Shown here piece by piece: positions 33,506 to 43,796 of a stretch of 64,000 nucleotides of DNA. Position 1 is the stretch's first letter; the number at the start of each line of letters is the position of its first letter. Where the stretch lies: NCBI GenBank assembly GCA_001661245.1, contig KV454016.1:730648-794647 (forward strand), in the 5' to 3' direction. The DNA is from Pachysolen tannophilus NRRL Y-2460 (lineage: Eukaryota). The notes below the pieces were generated by a model that made no database searches, was not told the origin of the DNA, and saw only the letters and a program-made list of their open reading frames with translations. The position numbers and the translations under genes are program-made.

Positions 33506-35998
33506 TTAATTTATTTGAAATAAATGTCCACTAAACTCTTTTATTAACCCATCATCAACTGAATTTAAATCATTTTCTTTTACTATTTCTGTTTCTTGTT
33601 TCACATTATCAAGCCCAGTAATTAACATATTGTAAAAAAAATTTTTTAATTCAAAAGATACAAGACCATATTCATACAATTTTTCAACATGACTAAGACT
33701 TGATTTGAAAATCAAATCTTTATCGTCTTGTTCTGAAATAGTATTAGTCATTGTAGTTAAATATATGTCTTTTTTACCAAAATTGTTTTCAAATTGTTCT
33801 TCAATAACTTCATCTTTTATTACCGTACCATTAACAGCCAATACGTGCCTTTTATAATCATATGGTTTCTTTGCTGGAGATCTAAATTCCAGCTTTAGCT
33901 TCTGCTCTGTACTTCCAAACCCATGATTACCCTTTGAACTTAAATGATACTTAGAAGTCCCATTTTGTACCGTTCCCATTTTAAAAGAAGTTTCTATGTT
34001 GTAATTTTGGAAATTTACATGTGAACTTTTTGCTCGTACAATATCAACGGTAAAATCAATTTCATCCAGATTAGTTTTCGAATCAAGCTTCATCACTATT
34101 GGAGATTTATGTGAAACATTTGTCTGAGATAGTATTAATCCCGGATTTAATGCATCCACCACTGAAAATGAATTATGTGATGATATATCTGAAATTAAAT
34201 GTTGAGTATCTCCATAATTTTGATATATTTGAATATTTGAAGACTGTGACAGAGTAGATGCATCAGAAATAACTTCAATAGTAGATCCATTATTTAATGT
34301 ATATTTTAAAAAACCTTGAATATAATTTTTATAGTGAGTATTTGTTATTTGAATCAAACCAGAAGAGAAAGGTTTCTGTAAAGCAACAACGTTGGAACTA
34401 TTAGTAAAAGATGAATTCAAGAATTCTCCCTCAGCATGTACAACATCTTGTGATTCCCATGTTAATATATTTGCAGTTGTTATCCAATTTTGTCCTATAG
34501 AAGATTTTTTAAGTGTTTTTGGATTATCATCTAAGCAGTTGGAAATTTGAAATTGTAATTTCGAACTAGACTTTGACCAAAGTAATGGTAAAATGGGAGT
34601 TAACTCTATTTCCAAAGCTTTTAAATCAAATGCATCAAAGGAAACCAAAGGTGACCATAATGCAGGTGAGAATCCACCAGTAAATATTACAGGTTCAGGC
34701 AGTATTGTTGCTATTTTCAAATTATCCAAATATACATTGACAACTCTACAAGGACCATGACCCACTAATTCATGATGATTATCTTTAAAAATGTCTTTAT
34801 ACTCATCCAACACATTTGAATACCAAAATTCTTCTCCAGCATTACCAGATGTGAAAAGATGAATTTTGGCTCTTGTTGTATTTTGATGAAATTTAGGTAA
34901 AATACTTATTAATTTATCTGTTGGTTCATATACTAATGGTGGTCTTGATGGATCTGATGGTTTAACAACTGACCAAATCTTATCTGCTGGTTGATTAATT
35001 GTGAAAAAATCCAGTTTATCATCAATTTTACTATCTTCAACTTTATAATAATTTGCTGACAATGAAATATCAAATGATCCATTTAATCTATCAGTTAATA
35101 AATTATCCAATTGAAACATCAACTTGTTACCATTTTTTTTAAATAAATTTGAATATTCGGATAAATCTTTTAAACTTTGACTATTCAGAGATCGTCCACC
35201 AGGTTCAATAGTTGATGTTCTCCAAATTGAAACACCATCCAAGAATATATGAGCCAATCTATCATATTGTACTCCTGAAACAGAAGTATTTAAATATAAT
35301 ATGACTTTATTAAAATCCAAATTTGATGGTAAATTGTAATCGACAATTGCAGGTTTCCCCCAAGAATTACCAAAAGTATGTTGAAGTAAAAATTGTGAAT
35401 ATACAGGTTCTCCAAAATCTTGTACTGGTAATGAAACATCGAAAACTTTTCTCGGAGGTTGATTTAAAATCAATTCTGGATCTTCCCCTTCTTTTAAAAA
35501 TGACAATAAAGGATTAAAATTATGTTTTTTCAAAAAAAAATTATCATCTATTGTTATAGCAGCACGTCCAGTTCTATCTTGTCCAATACTAGTTTCCAGT
35601 AAATAATTAAGATAGGTAAACCCATAAAATATTAAAAAAAATGATATTATTAAAATCTTACAAACTAATAATAATTTTTTCCAAATCTTACAATGATTAT
35701 TTAGTATCAATTCATAGTCACTATCACCAATTTTTTCCAAATCTTTATCTAAATTGAATTCATTGTCAAAATCACCAATACTAGAATTGATACTATAATC
35801 ATTTGCAGCATTCTCCGAGCTTACAGCGCTTTCGGCGCTGTAAGCGCTATAAGCGCTGAAAGCTTCAAAAGCAGCTCTATTTTCAACAAAGTTTCCATCT
35901 TCCATCACCTTATCATTAGTGGAATAATTCTTGAACCTATTTAAACCAAATGATAATTGGTTCCAAATATCCCACTCACGGGTCAATCCAGCTCTCAT
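33506..35998 (-). CDS. Peptide:N-glycanase A (acidic PNGase A family) with N-terminal membrane anchor; start uncertain (35998 or 35905)
   Basis: HTFGNSWGKP, GVQYDRLAHIFLDGVSIWRTSTIEP, SGNAGEEFWYSNV, GHGPCRVVNVYLD, PVIFTGGFSPALWSP..AFDL; TM at LLLVCKILIISFFLIFYGF. Confidence 0.88.
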   Translation of the reverse strand: MRAGLTREWDIWNQLSFGLNRFKNYSTNDKVMEDGNFVENRAAFEAFSAYSAYSAESAVSSENAANDYSINSSIGDFDNEFNLDKDLEKIGDSDYELILNNHCKIWKKLLLVCKILIISFFLIFYGFTYLNYLLETSIGQDRTGRAAITIDDNFFLKKHNFNPLLSFLKEGEDPELILNQPPRKVFDVSLPVQDFGEPVYSQFLLQHTFGNSWGKPAIVDYNLPSNLDFNKVILYLNTSVSGVQYDRLAHIFLDGVSIWRTSTIEPGGRSLNSQSLKDLSEYSNLFKKNGNKLMFQLDNLLTDRLNGSFDISLSANYYKVEDSKIDDKLDFFTINQPADKIWSVVKPSDPSRPPLVYEPTDKLISILPKFHQNTTRAKIHLFTSGNAGEEFWYSNVLDEYKDIFKDNHHELVGHGPCRVVNVYLDNLKIATILPEPVIFTGGFSPALWSPLVSFDAFDLKALEIELTPILPLLWSKSSSKLQFQISNCLDDNPKTLKKSSIGQNWITTANILTWESQDVVHAEGEFLNSSFTNSSNVVALQKPFSSGLIQITNTHYKNYIQGFLKYTLNNGSTIEVISDASTLSQSSNIQIYQNYGDTQHLISDISSHNSFSVVDALNPGLILSQTNVSHKSPIVMKLDSKTNLDEIDFTVDIVRAKSSHVNFQNYNIETSFKMGTVQNGTSKYHLSSKGNHGFGSTEQKLKLEFRSPAKKPYDYKRHVLAVNGTVIKDEVIEEQFENNFGKKDIYLTTMTNTISEQDDKDLIFKSSLSHVEKLYEYGLVSFELKNFFYNMLITGLDNVKQETEIVKENDLNSVDDGLIKEFSGHLFQIN

Positions 35999-36120
35999 TA
36001 TGACCCAATAAGAAAAAAGTAAAAAAAAAAAGTTCTTTAAAAGCAAATAAATAACAAAATCTTTAAAACCCCTCTCTTATCTTTATTTCCCATTCACTCA
36101 ACAATATAATTGAAATAAAT

Positions 36121-36151
<31 letters not shown>

Positions 36152-36422
36152 TTCAATTCAATGGTATTAATGATAGTAATTTGGGACCTAAATACAAAAC
36201 GGCTTTAAATTCCAAAATAGTTAAATAAATAAATAGATTATTAATTAATTAATTATAAATGTCTTTATTTAGTGGTATTAAATATTTTATTATTATATTT
36301 TAAGCCATAATAAATCAAAAGGGGAAACCCCAAAAAACAAAATAAAAACAAAAACAAAAAAATTTAACCGCCGCCCGATAAGATTCAAACTCGTGCGTTG
36401 CTTAATTTACTATAAGGCTGTT

Positions 36423-36433
36423 TGGCCAAGTGG
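36423..36433 (+). promoter_or_regulatory. Pol III A-box in the RNase P RNA leader
   Basis: TGGCCAAGTGG = TRGCNNAGYGG consensus, inside GGCTGTTTGGCCAAGTGGTTTAA, which looks like a tRNA 5' end. Confidence 0.8.
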
Positions 36434-36456
36434 TTTAATTTTGAAAAAAATAAAAA

Positions 36457-36975
36457 AATTGTGACGTTTCGCGCTTACTCGTTAACAAAAGGATTAAGAA
36501 ATTAATCATTAGGATCCGGTCAATTTCTTTCAAGAAATAGGCCGAAGAAAAAAAAAAACGAGTGGGAAATTCGGTGATACTCTCCATCTAATAGTAGGAA
36601 GTATAATTTTATTCCTATTCTTTATTCGATTCAATTCTTTCTACCATGGTAGGAAACTTCCCTGGTAAAAGGAAAGGAAAGAAAAAAGAAAAAGAATTAA
36701 ATAAATACTTTCTATTGGGAAAAGATCTATTTTAATTTATAAAATAGTTTGATGCTCTTGAGAGCTTCCTTGGCGTGTAAACGCTGGGCGACTGTCATCA
36801 GTAAATATAAAAGATAAATTTTACAATTTAATAAAAATTGTAAAAATTGTCTTATGGGAGACGTCGCAGATGGTTGGCCTTCTAATAATTAATAATTAGA
36901 AGTAGCTGTTGAGTGCAATGCGCGAACTAAACAGTTAAATTTGTTTGGCACTCGATACCGATTATCGTCATAATT
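36457..36975 (+). ncRNA. RPR1: Nuclear RNase P RNA (~515 nt)
   Basis: Conserved regions in order: GGGAAATTCGGTG (36564), TGCTCTTGAGAG (~36753), TCAGTAAAT, ATGGGAGACG, CTGTTGAGTGCAAT (~36906), CTCGATACCGATT (~36951). P1 aattgtgacg/cgtcataatt, P2 ttcgcgc/gcgcgaa, P3 ttactcgtt/aacgagtgg. No internal T-run longer than 4; ends in T13. Confidence 0.93.
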
Positions 36976-36986
36976 TTTTTTTTTTT
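36974..36986 (+). terminator. Pol III oligo(dT) terminator of RPR1
   Basis: 13 consecutive T immediately after the P1 3' strand. Confidence 0.8.
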
Positions 36987-37012
36987 CTTAAAAAAAATTG
37001 AAGAAGTTCCCT

Positions 37013-37023
37013 GGTTCGAATCC
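37013..37023 (+). promoter_or_regulatory. Pol III B-box (TFIIIC site) downstream of the RPR1 terminator
   Basis: GGTTCGAATCC, a perfect consensus, in a T-arm-like context CCTGG-TTCGAAT-CCAAG. Confidence 0.7.
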
Positions 37024-37117
37024 AAGAATTAAATAAATTGAATAACGGTATTAATTAAATTAATGAATTAAATCAAATATATATATATATATTTATTTAT
37101 TTATTTATTATATGAAT

Positions 37118-37422
37118 ATGTTGCCTAATATAAGGCGTCTTTTTGCTTCGTTTAGAACAGAAGAAGAAGAAAAAATTTATTCAAGAAAAGCTGTAAGTTT
37201 GATTAAATTAAATTAATAGTAATACTTTTTTTCTTTCTTTATAAATAATCTATACTAATTGATTTTTTTTTTTTTTTTTTAATTCAGTTTTATAATTTTT
37301 TAGGGTTTTTAGCTTCATGTGTAGCATTTTCATTTGTTGCTCAGCAATTGGCAAGACAACCAAGGGAATTAATTCATGCTGCTAGAGTTAATGCTTTACT
37401 ATCTGCTATTCAAAGAAGTTGA
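37118..37422 (+). CDS. MCO6: Small mitochondrial outer-membrane protein Mco6 (YJL127C-B-like), two exons (37118-37192, 37288-37422), 69 aa
   Basis: MLPNIRRLFASFRTEEEEKIYSRKA|FYNFLGFLASCVAFSFVAQQ...; the SRxAF..FLG.L.SCV..S..AQ pattern matches Mco6. Intron GTAAGT 37193, TACTAAT 37253, CAG ending 37287; phase-0 splice keeps the frame. Alternative in-frame ATG at 37112. Confidence 0.82.
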
Positions 37423-37532
37423 ATGAAAATATTAGAATTTAAGTTCAAACTATATTTATATATATATATATATAAAAAATAAAAAAAATTGGGAGTTCTT
37501 TTTTTTTTAATTTCTTTTCTTAATGATAGTTT

Positions 37533-38027
37533 TCAATTTCCTGTAGTTTCTGTAGCTTCAGCATTTGCATTTGCGTTTGCATTTGGATCTACTGGCTCTG
37601 TTCTTTGGTCTGTGCCCATTCCAGTGCCAGTACCACCACTACTACTACCATTATCTAATACACCAGTATCTTCTTTCCACCTGTCCACCATATCATTCAT
37701 AATTAAACTTGCTATATCCTGTCTTAATATCGAATCTCTAAAACTTTTGTCCTTCAATAACATTAAAATATGTAAACAATTGGGATAAACCAAGTATTTA
37801 GCAAAACTAGGTTGTCTCCAATATTCTAAATAATTTAAATAATTTAGAAAACTTTCATCTTCAAGGTACTTATTTTGTGCTAAATAATTTAAATATTGTA
37901 AATTCGATAAAGACTGAACAAATTCTAATTCTATTTCCCATCTCGTGGGCACATCGTCATTTACTGGCTCTTCTCGTTGTTGTTGCTGCTGCTGCTGTTG
38001 CTGCTGTTGTTGTTGTTCAACTTCCAT
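37533..38027 (-). CDS. SOH1: Mediator subunit Med31/Soh1
   Basis: [47 protein letters not shown]; poly-Q N-terminus. Confidence 0.95.
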   Translation of the reverse strand: MEVEQQQQQQQQQQQQQREEPVNDDVPTRWEIELEFVQSLSNLQYLNYLAQNKYLEDESFLNYLNYLEYWRQPSFAKYLVYPNCLHILMLLKDKSFRDSILRQDIASLIMNDMVDRWKEDTGVLDNGSSSGGTGTGMGTDQRTEPVDPNANANANAEATETTGN

Positions 38028-38161
38028 ATTCCTATACCCTTAATAACAATTAAATATATATAGTGCAAAAAAAAATATATATATATATATATATGTATAA
38101 TATAATCTTACATATATTTTTCCAAATAATAATAATAAATACCTTTAAGAAATTAAATATA

Positions 38162-39049
38162 ATGAATAATCAAGTGATATATGCAAACCATATAAAAAAA
38201 TTATCAAATGTCATATTTCGAATATCAAGTCTGGTTTATTTGAAACCTGTTGAGTTTTTAATTTTACTTGTGCCGCCACTTATCATAATATTAGGTCAAC
38301 TTATTCATATCTTTTCTGTACAAGAAGAGATTAATAATTTCTTTACAGATAAGAAAAATTTTATAAATCAAATATTTGTTAAGAAAGGTTGGTTTTGGAC
38401 AATCTTAGTATACTTGATTATATGTTTTGAAAAATTTATTTCTAATAAAAATGATTTAAAACCAATTTTAAAATCAATAGGTAGAATTTTAATATTAACA
38501 CTTTGGTGGGTTTTTTTTACTCAATGGTTCTTTGGATTACCTATAATGGATAAAGTTTTCTTAAATACAGGTGGAGAATGTTCAAATATACCTGGATATA
38601 ATATATTAGGTAAAAAAGGTAATATAGATTCTAATATTTTTATGAAAATCGAACAAAGATTGTTTGCAAAAAATGATAAATTAAATGAGGAACAAGATTT
38701 TTACAGGACGAATGTATTGGGATCTAAAAGTTGTAGGTATTATGGAGGTCAATGGTCAGGTGGTCATGATCCAAGTGGACATATATTTTTATTGGTTTTA
38801 GGTTCAATATTATTACTGTTTGAATATTTGTTATTATTTTCACAAAAAAAAACTTTACAAAAAATGAAACATCATTTAACAATAGGAAAAATTTCTACTA
38901 TTACATTGATTTCATTATGGTTATGGATGCTTTTAATGACAAGTGTTTATTTCCATTCATTTGTAGAAAAACTTTTTGGGTTGGTTTGGTGTTATTCTAT
39001 TATAGGTGTTGTTTACTGTTTGTTTAGGAAGTTTAAAATATTGAATTAA
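38162..39049 (+). CDS. SCS3: FIT-family acyl-CoA diphosphatase Scs3 (likely start 38162)
   Basis: NFINQIFVKKGWFWT, WVFFTQWFFGLPIMDKVF..TGGEC, GGHDPSGHIFLL, TSVYFHSFVEKLFG; divergent from SOH1 as in S. cerevisiae. Confidence 0.9.
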   Translation: MNNQVIYANHIKKLSNVIFRISSLVYLKPVEFLILLVPPLIIILGQLIHIFSVQEEINNFFTDKKNFINQIFVKKGWFWTILVYLIICFEKFISNKNDLKPILKSIGRILILTLWWVFFTQWFFGLPIMDKVFLNTGGECSNIPGYNILGKKGNIDSNIFMKIEQRLFAKNDKLNEEQDFYRTNVLGSKSCRYYGGQWSGGHDPSGHIFLLVLGSILLLFEYLLLFSQKKTLQKMKHHLTIGKISTITLISLWLWMLLMTSVYFHSFVEKLFGLVWCYSIIGVVYCLFRKFKILN

Positions 39050-39140
39050 AACCCCAATATAAATGTATAATAAAGTTCTATTTATTTATTTATTTATTTT
39101 TAAATTTATTAATTTATTAATTTCCAAACTAATTAAACTC

Positions 39141-40988
39141 TTATTTTTTAACTCTCCAAGCTGAAGCAGGTAATTTTTCTAAATATTTTGCTGTTTTCTT
39201 GATCCAAAGAAAATAAGTTAAAATTCCAATACAAACACATAACATATTAGTGAAATAATAACCATCCCTTAAACTAATACAATCCCCACCATTATCAACA
39301 CATTGTTTCTTTAAAGTGGCTGTATTACAATTATAATATGGTTCATTGATAAAAGGATTTGTGGTTTGAACCAGAGAAACATCCAGTGATATACATTCAC
39401 CTTTTGTTAATTTATCAATCATGTACAATACAACAAGTTTTGGCCATTGACCACCTAAATTTGATAAAGTATTTAAAGTGGTCATATAAGTACCACCAAT
39501 TAAAGGATCTGCAATTCTCGTATGGAAAGCACATATGGAAACAAATTGAATTGTTGACATGAATGATCCCAATAAATGTTGTAAGATAACAAGTATGAAA
39601 TAAACACCATTAATCTCACCAGATTTAGGGAACAGTATGATTAAGAATTGTCCCAGAAATGCAGCTATTAATCTTCCCAAGAAGGCTAAAAGCCATGGTT
39701 TTAAAGGTTCAACTCCTGAAGACCAATGACCTGCATAATATCCAAATATGATTTCAAATGGGAAATCAATTAAAACTGTAATTGCTAAATCTTCTTTTGA
39801 AAAACCTTTTTCTAATAATTTTAAATTTGTTGCTGCTTCATTTGCTTGAAATCCAATTTTACTAATAAGATGTAATATTATAAATATTTTAACATTGTGT
39901 AATTTAACTACATTATACATTTTTTTGTAAACTGCTTTTAAAGATTCAATTGGACTAAGTTCTTCATGTCCAATTGTTGAATTTATATTTGTACCATCTG
40001 TATTATTTGCTGTTGTTATAGGAACAATATTCATATCCATTGTATTTAATTCTATGTCATCATTTCTTTTATTTGAATCATCATTTTTTAAATTAATATT
40101 TTCTTTTAATGGATTTTCAGGAACAAATAATGTAATTATTATTGTTATTAAAATGAAAAAAAATCCCCAAAATATTAAATATTGTTTTAAAGAAATTAAA
40201 CCATAATCTTTTGGAATTTTTCTTAAATATTTATTTGCAAATTCTGGAGAATTAAAAGTTAAAAAAATTGTAAATGATAAGAAATATCCAATATTTAATC
40301 CAACAGTTTGAGCTGTTGATGCATATGATAATGCATTTTTGGATAATATAGTTAAGGCCCAGCCATCAACTGCAATATCTTGAGTAGCACATAATAAAAT
40401 TAAAGTGAAAAATGCAAAAGTTATATCGTATAAATTTTTTTCAATATCATCAAATAATTTTTCAATTCTTAATCCCAATAAGATTAATGTTATACCACTT
40501 AAAAATTGTACTGGAATAATCCAAGATTTTCTTCTTCCAATTTTTTTAGAAAAAATTGAATCTACTATAGGTGAATAAATTAATTTAAAAGAATATGGAT
40601 AACTAGCAAGAGTGAAAATACCAATTTGTGAATATGATAAATTTGAACTTTTCAAAATATATGGAATTGATCCAAAACTTAATCCAATTGGAATACCTTG
40701 TATTAAATATAATAATACCAATATTAAAAATTGAGGTCTATCCTTCCGCGGTAAAGACATTGCCTTCTTTGTTTGATTCTTATTATTAAACATATCCGCT
40801 GAAGATGAAGATAAAGATGAAGCTGAACCATCCAAACTATTAACAATAACATTGCCATCTCCAATCAATGGAGAATTCAACCGCGATTTAGTAGAACTTA
40901 AACCATCACCGTACGGTGAAACATTATGTTCATTATATTCTTTACTATTTGTATTTGTTGAACTTGAATTGACATTATAATTTGCCAT
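39141..40988 (-). CDS. ER acetyl-CoA transporter (AT-1/SLC33A1, YBR219C-YBR220C-like)
   Basis: LYLIQGIPIGL, YPYSFKLIYSPIVDS, GRRKSWIIP, ATQDIAVDGWAL, IGGTYMTTLNTLSNLGGQWP, RDGYY. Confidence 0.92.
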   Translation of the reverse strand: MANYNVNSSSTNTNSKEYNEHNVSPYGDGLSSTKSRLNSPLIGDGNVIVNSLDGSASSLSSSSADMFNNKNQTKKAMSLPRKDRPQFLILVLLYLIQGIPIGLSFGSIPYILKSSNLSYSQIGIFTLASYPYSFKLIYSPIVDSIFSKKIGRRKSWIIPVQFLSGITLILLGLRIEKLFDDIEKNLYDITFAFFTLILLCATQDIAVDGWALTILSKNALSYASTAQTVGLNIGYFLSFTIFLTFNSPEFANKYLRKIPKDYGLISLKQYLIFWGFFFILITIIITLFVPENPLKENINLKNDDSNKRNDDIELNTMDMNIVPITTANNTDGTNINSTIGHEELSPIESLKAVYKKMYNVVKLHNVKIFIILHLISKIGFQANEAATNLKLLEKGFSKEDLAITVLIDFPFEIIFGYYAGHWSSGVEPLKPWLLAFLGRLIAAFLGQFLIILFPKSGEINGVYFILVILQHLLGSFMSTIQFVSICAFHTRIADPLIGGTYMTTLNTLSNLGGQWPKLVVLYMIDKLTKGECISLDVSLVQTTNPFINEPYYNCNTATLKKQCVDNGGDCISLRDGYYFTNMLCVCIGILTYFLWIKKTAKYLEKLPASAWRVKK

Positions 40989-41370
40989 GATGAAAATTCA
41001 AGAAATAACAAAAAGCAACCAATTAAAATAAATAAATTCCAAACTAACAATTAAAAACTACTATAATTGATGATAACTTAATAGTTCCTTTCCTCTACCT
41101 TCTTTAATTAAATTTTAAATTTCTTCTATTTTGATATATTTTATTCGGTGTTCACTTCTTTAGTTTTAGTTTTAGTTTTAAGATACACGCGGAGCTCTCC
41201 CAGACAGCCCCCGGACAAATTCACCCGTTAAAATAAAGGTATTAAACCATTAATACCGAAGAAATTAAGGGCCGTTAAGCATCTGGGTGAGACAGGTATT
41301 AAAGATGAATCCATGAACAAAACACTAGTCACTTGTAATTCTAATTCAATCCAGAATAACTTATATATAC

Positions 41371-41402
<32 letters not shown>

Positions 41403-41597
41403 ATGTGAATGTGAATAAATATTTTTATAAATTTATATATTCTGTATAATGTACTTGCTAAAACGTTATCTCTCTTTTTAGGCGGAATAAAGAAACCCGT
41501 TTTCTTCAATAAATTTATGGAAATATTGAAGGGTGAAAAGAAGTACCACCCGAGAAAAAACCGTAGAGTAAAAGGCTAGAGCAAAAAAAAAAATTTG

Positions 41598-41629
<32 letters not shown>

Positions 41630-41660
41630 ATATTATATGATATATATAATAAAATAATAA

Positions 41661-42076
41661 NNNNNNNNNNNNNNNNNNNNNNNNNNNNNNNNNNNNNNNN
41701 NNNNNNNNNNNNNNNNNNNNNNNNNNNNNNNNNNNNNNNNNNNNNNNNNNNNNNNNNNNNNNNNNNNNNNNNNNNNNNNNNNNNNNNNNNNNNNNNNNNN
41801 NNNNNNNNNNNNNNNNNNNNNNNNNNNNNNNNNNNNNNNNNNNNNNNNNNNNNNNNNNNNNNNNNNNNNNNNNNNNNNNNNNNNNNNNNNNNNNNNNNNN
41901 NNNNNNNNNNNNNNNNNNNNNNNNNNNNNNNNNNNNNNNNNNNNNNNNNNNNNNNNNNNNNNNNNNNNNNNNNNNNNNNNNNNNNNNNNNNNNNNNNNNN
42001 NNNNNNNNNNNNNNNNNNNNNNNNNNNNNNNNNNNNNNNNNNNNNNNNNNNNNNNNNNNNNNNNNNNNNNNNNNNN
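41661..42076. other. Assembly gap (N run)
   Basis: 416 N; both flanks repeat aaaaattt(a)gatatata...ataatataatatt(t)atatga. Confidence 0.99.
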
Positions 42077-42087
42077 AAAAAATTTAG

Positions 42088-42119
<32 letters not shown>

Positions 42120-42265
42120 ATATTTATATGAATATATATATAAAAATATAAGATCATATAGTATAAATTGATTCTTATTTCAAATCAATTAGGAAGCAGT
42201 GATATAGTTGTTGTTTTTCATTTCATTTCTTTTTGTTTCCGACTTGCCTAGTGTTATACTATACG

Positions 42266-43357
42266 ATGCCTGTATCAAATATTGCAAAGACAGCTAATTT
42301 AGCTGCAAGAACTCTTCAAAAATCTGCTCTGGCTACGAGACTTGCGTCGTCTCAATCTGGACCTGTTAAGATGACAGTTAGAGATGCTTTGAATGCTGCA
42401 ATGGTTGAAGAATTGGATCGAGATGATAAAGTTTACTTGATTGGTGAAGAAGTTGCTCAATATAATGGTGCTTATAAGATTTCAAGAGGGTTATTGGATA
42501 AATTTGGTCCTAGAAGAATTGTAGATACACCAATTACAGAAATGGGATTTACTGGTCTTGCTGTTGGTTCAGCATTGGCAGGGTTGAAACCAATTGTTGA
42601 ATTTATGACTTTTAATTTTGCAATGCAAGCTATAGATCAAATTATTAATTCTGCTGCAAAGACTTATTATATGAGTGGTGGTAAACAAACTTGTAGTATT
42701 GTATTTAGAGGTCCAAATGGTGCTGCTGCAGGTGTTGCTGCTCAACATTCGCAAGATTACTCTGCATGGTATGGATCAATTCCAGGTTTAAAAGTTGTTT
42801 CTCCATATTCTGCGGAAGATTATAAAGGTTTACTTAAATCTGCTATTAGAGATCCTAACCCAGTAATTATCTTGGAAAATGAAATCTTGTATAATGCAAC
42901 TTTTGAAATGTCAGAAGAAGCAATGTCACCAGATTTTCTTATTCCAATTGGTAAAGCTAAAATTGAAAAAAAAGGTAAAGATATTACAATTGCTGCACAT
43001 ACAAGAAATGTTGAATATTCTTTACAAGCTGCACAAATTTTAAAAGAAAAATTTGGTGTAGAAGCAGAAGTTATCAATTTACGTTCCATAAAACCATTGG
43101 ATGTTCCATGTATAGTCGAATCTGTTATGAAAACTAATCACTTGATAACAGTCGAAGCTGGGTTCCCATCCTTTGGTGTTGGTTCTGAAATCATTGCTCA
43201 AATCATGGAAAGTGAAGCATTCGATTACCTTGACGCTCCAATTGAAAGAGTCACAGGTTGTGAAGTTCCAACTCCATACGCTAAAGAATTAGAAGATTTC
43301 GCCTTCCCAGATGCACCAACTATCGTTAGAGCAGCACAAAAAGTCTTAAGTTTATAA
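42266..43357 (+). CDS. PDB1: Pyruvate dehydrogenase E1 beta subunit
   Basis: Presequence; [56 protein letters not shown]. Confidence 0.97.
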   Translation: MPVSNIAKTANLAARTLQKSALATRLASSQSGPVKMTVRDALNAAMVEELDRDDKVYLIGEEVAQYNGAYKISRGLLDKFGPRRIVDTPITEMGFTGLAVGSALAGLKPIVEFMTFNFAMQAIDQIINSAAKTYYMSGGKQTCSIVFRGPNGAAAGVAAQHSQDYSAWYGSIPGLKVVSPYSAEDYKGLLKSAIRDPNPVIILENEILYNATFEMSEEAMSPDFLIPIGKAKIEKKGKDITIAAHTRNVEYSLQAAQILKEKFGVEAEVINLRSIKPLDVPCIVESVMKTNHLITVEAGFPSFGVGSEIIAQIMESEAFDYLDAPIERVTGCEVPTPYAKELEDFAFPDAPTIVRAAQKVLSL

Positions 43358-43657
43358 AATAACTAAATTTCTTTAAAAAATTTATTAATTTTACAAATCT
43401 CACCTCAATCATATATTTTTAAACTAATTCTAGTCTGCTTTTACAAAAATCCCGCTTTCAATCTCTTTTCTTTACTTTTTACTCTTTTTTATTTCTGTTT
43501 TTTTTGTTTTTTCTTTTCTTTTCTTATCTTTATCTATCTTATACTCTTATTCTCCTTTTTTTTTGAACCCTTTTATCTGGCTTTCTAGATTATCAAGTAA
43601 TTGTTTAGATTGAGTATATTTAATTGTTAAAATTAAAAATAAAAAAAGCACAAAATT

Positions 43658-43665
43658 TCACGTGA
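43658..43665. promoter_or_regulatory. E-box TCACGTGA (Cbf1/Tye7-type) upstream of PCS60
   Basis: Perfect 8-bp palindrome ~130 bp before the ATG at 43797. Confidence 0.4.
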
Positions 43666-43796
43666 AGAATTGATGGTTTGTGTGATAAAAAGCACCTTAT
43701 AATATATAATATAATAAAATATAATATATAATATAAGAGCAACCAATATTACCAATAATATAATAAGATAGGTTTTATTTCATAAGACTAGATAAT

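Noticed and set aside
36416..37026. A single tRNA with a ~570-nt intron
   Set aside because: No anticodon arm or 3' acceptor strand can be built, a T13 terminator precedes the T-arm, and the interior is clearly RNase P RNA.
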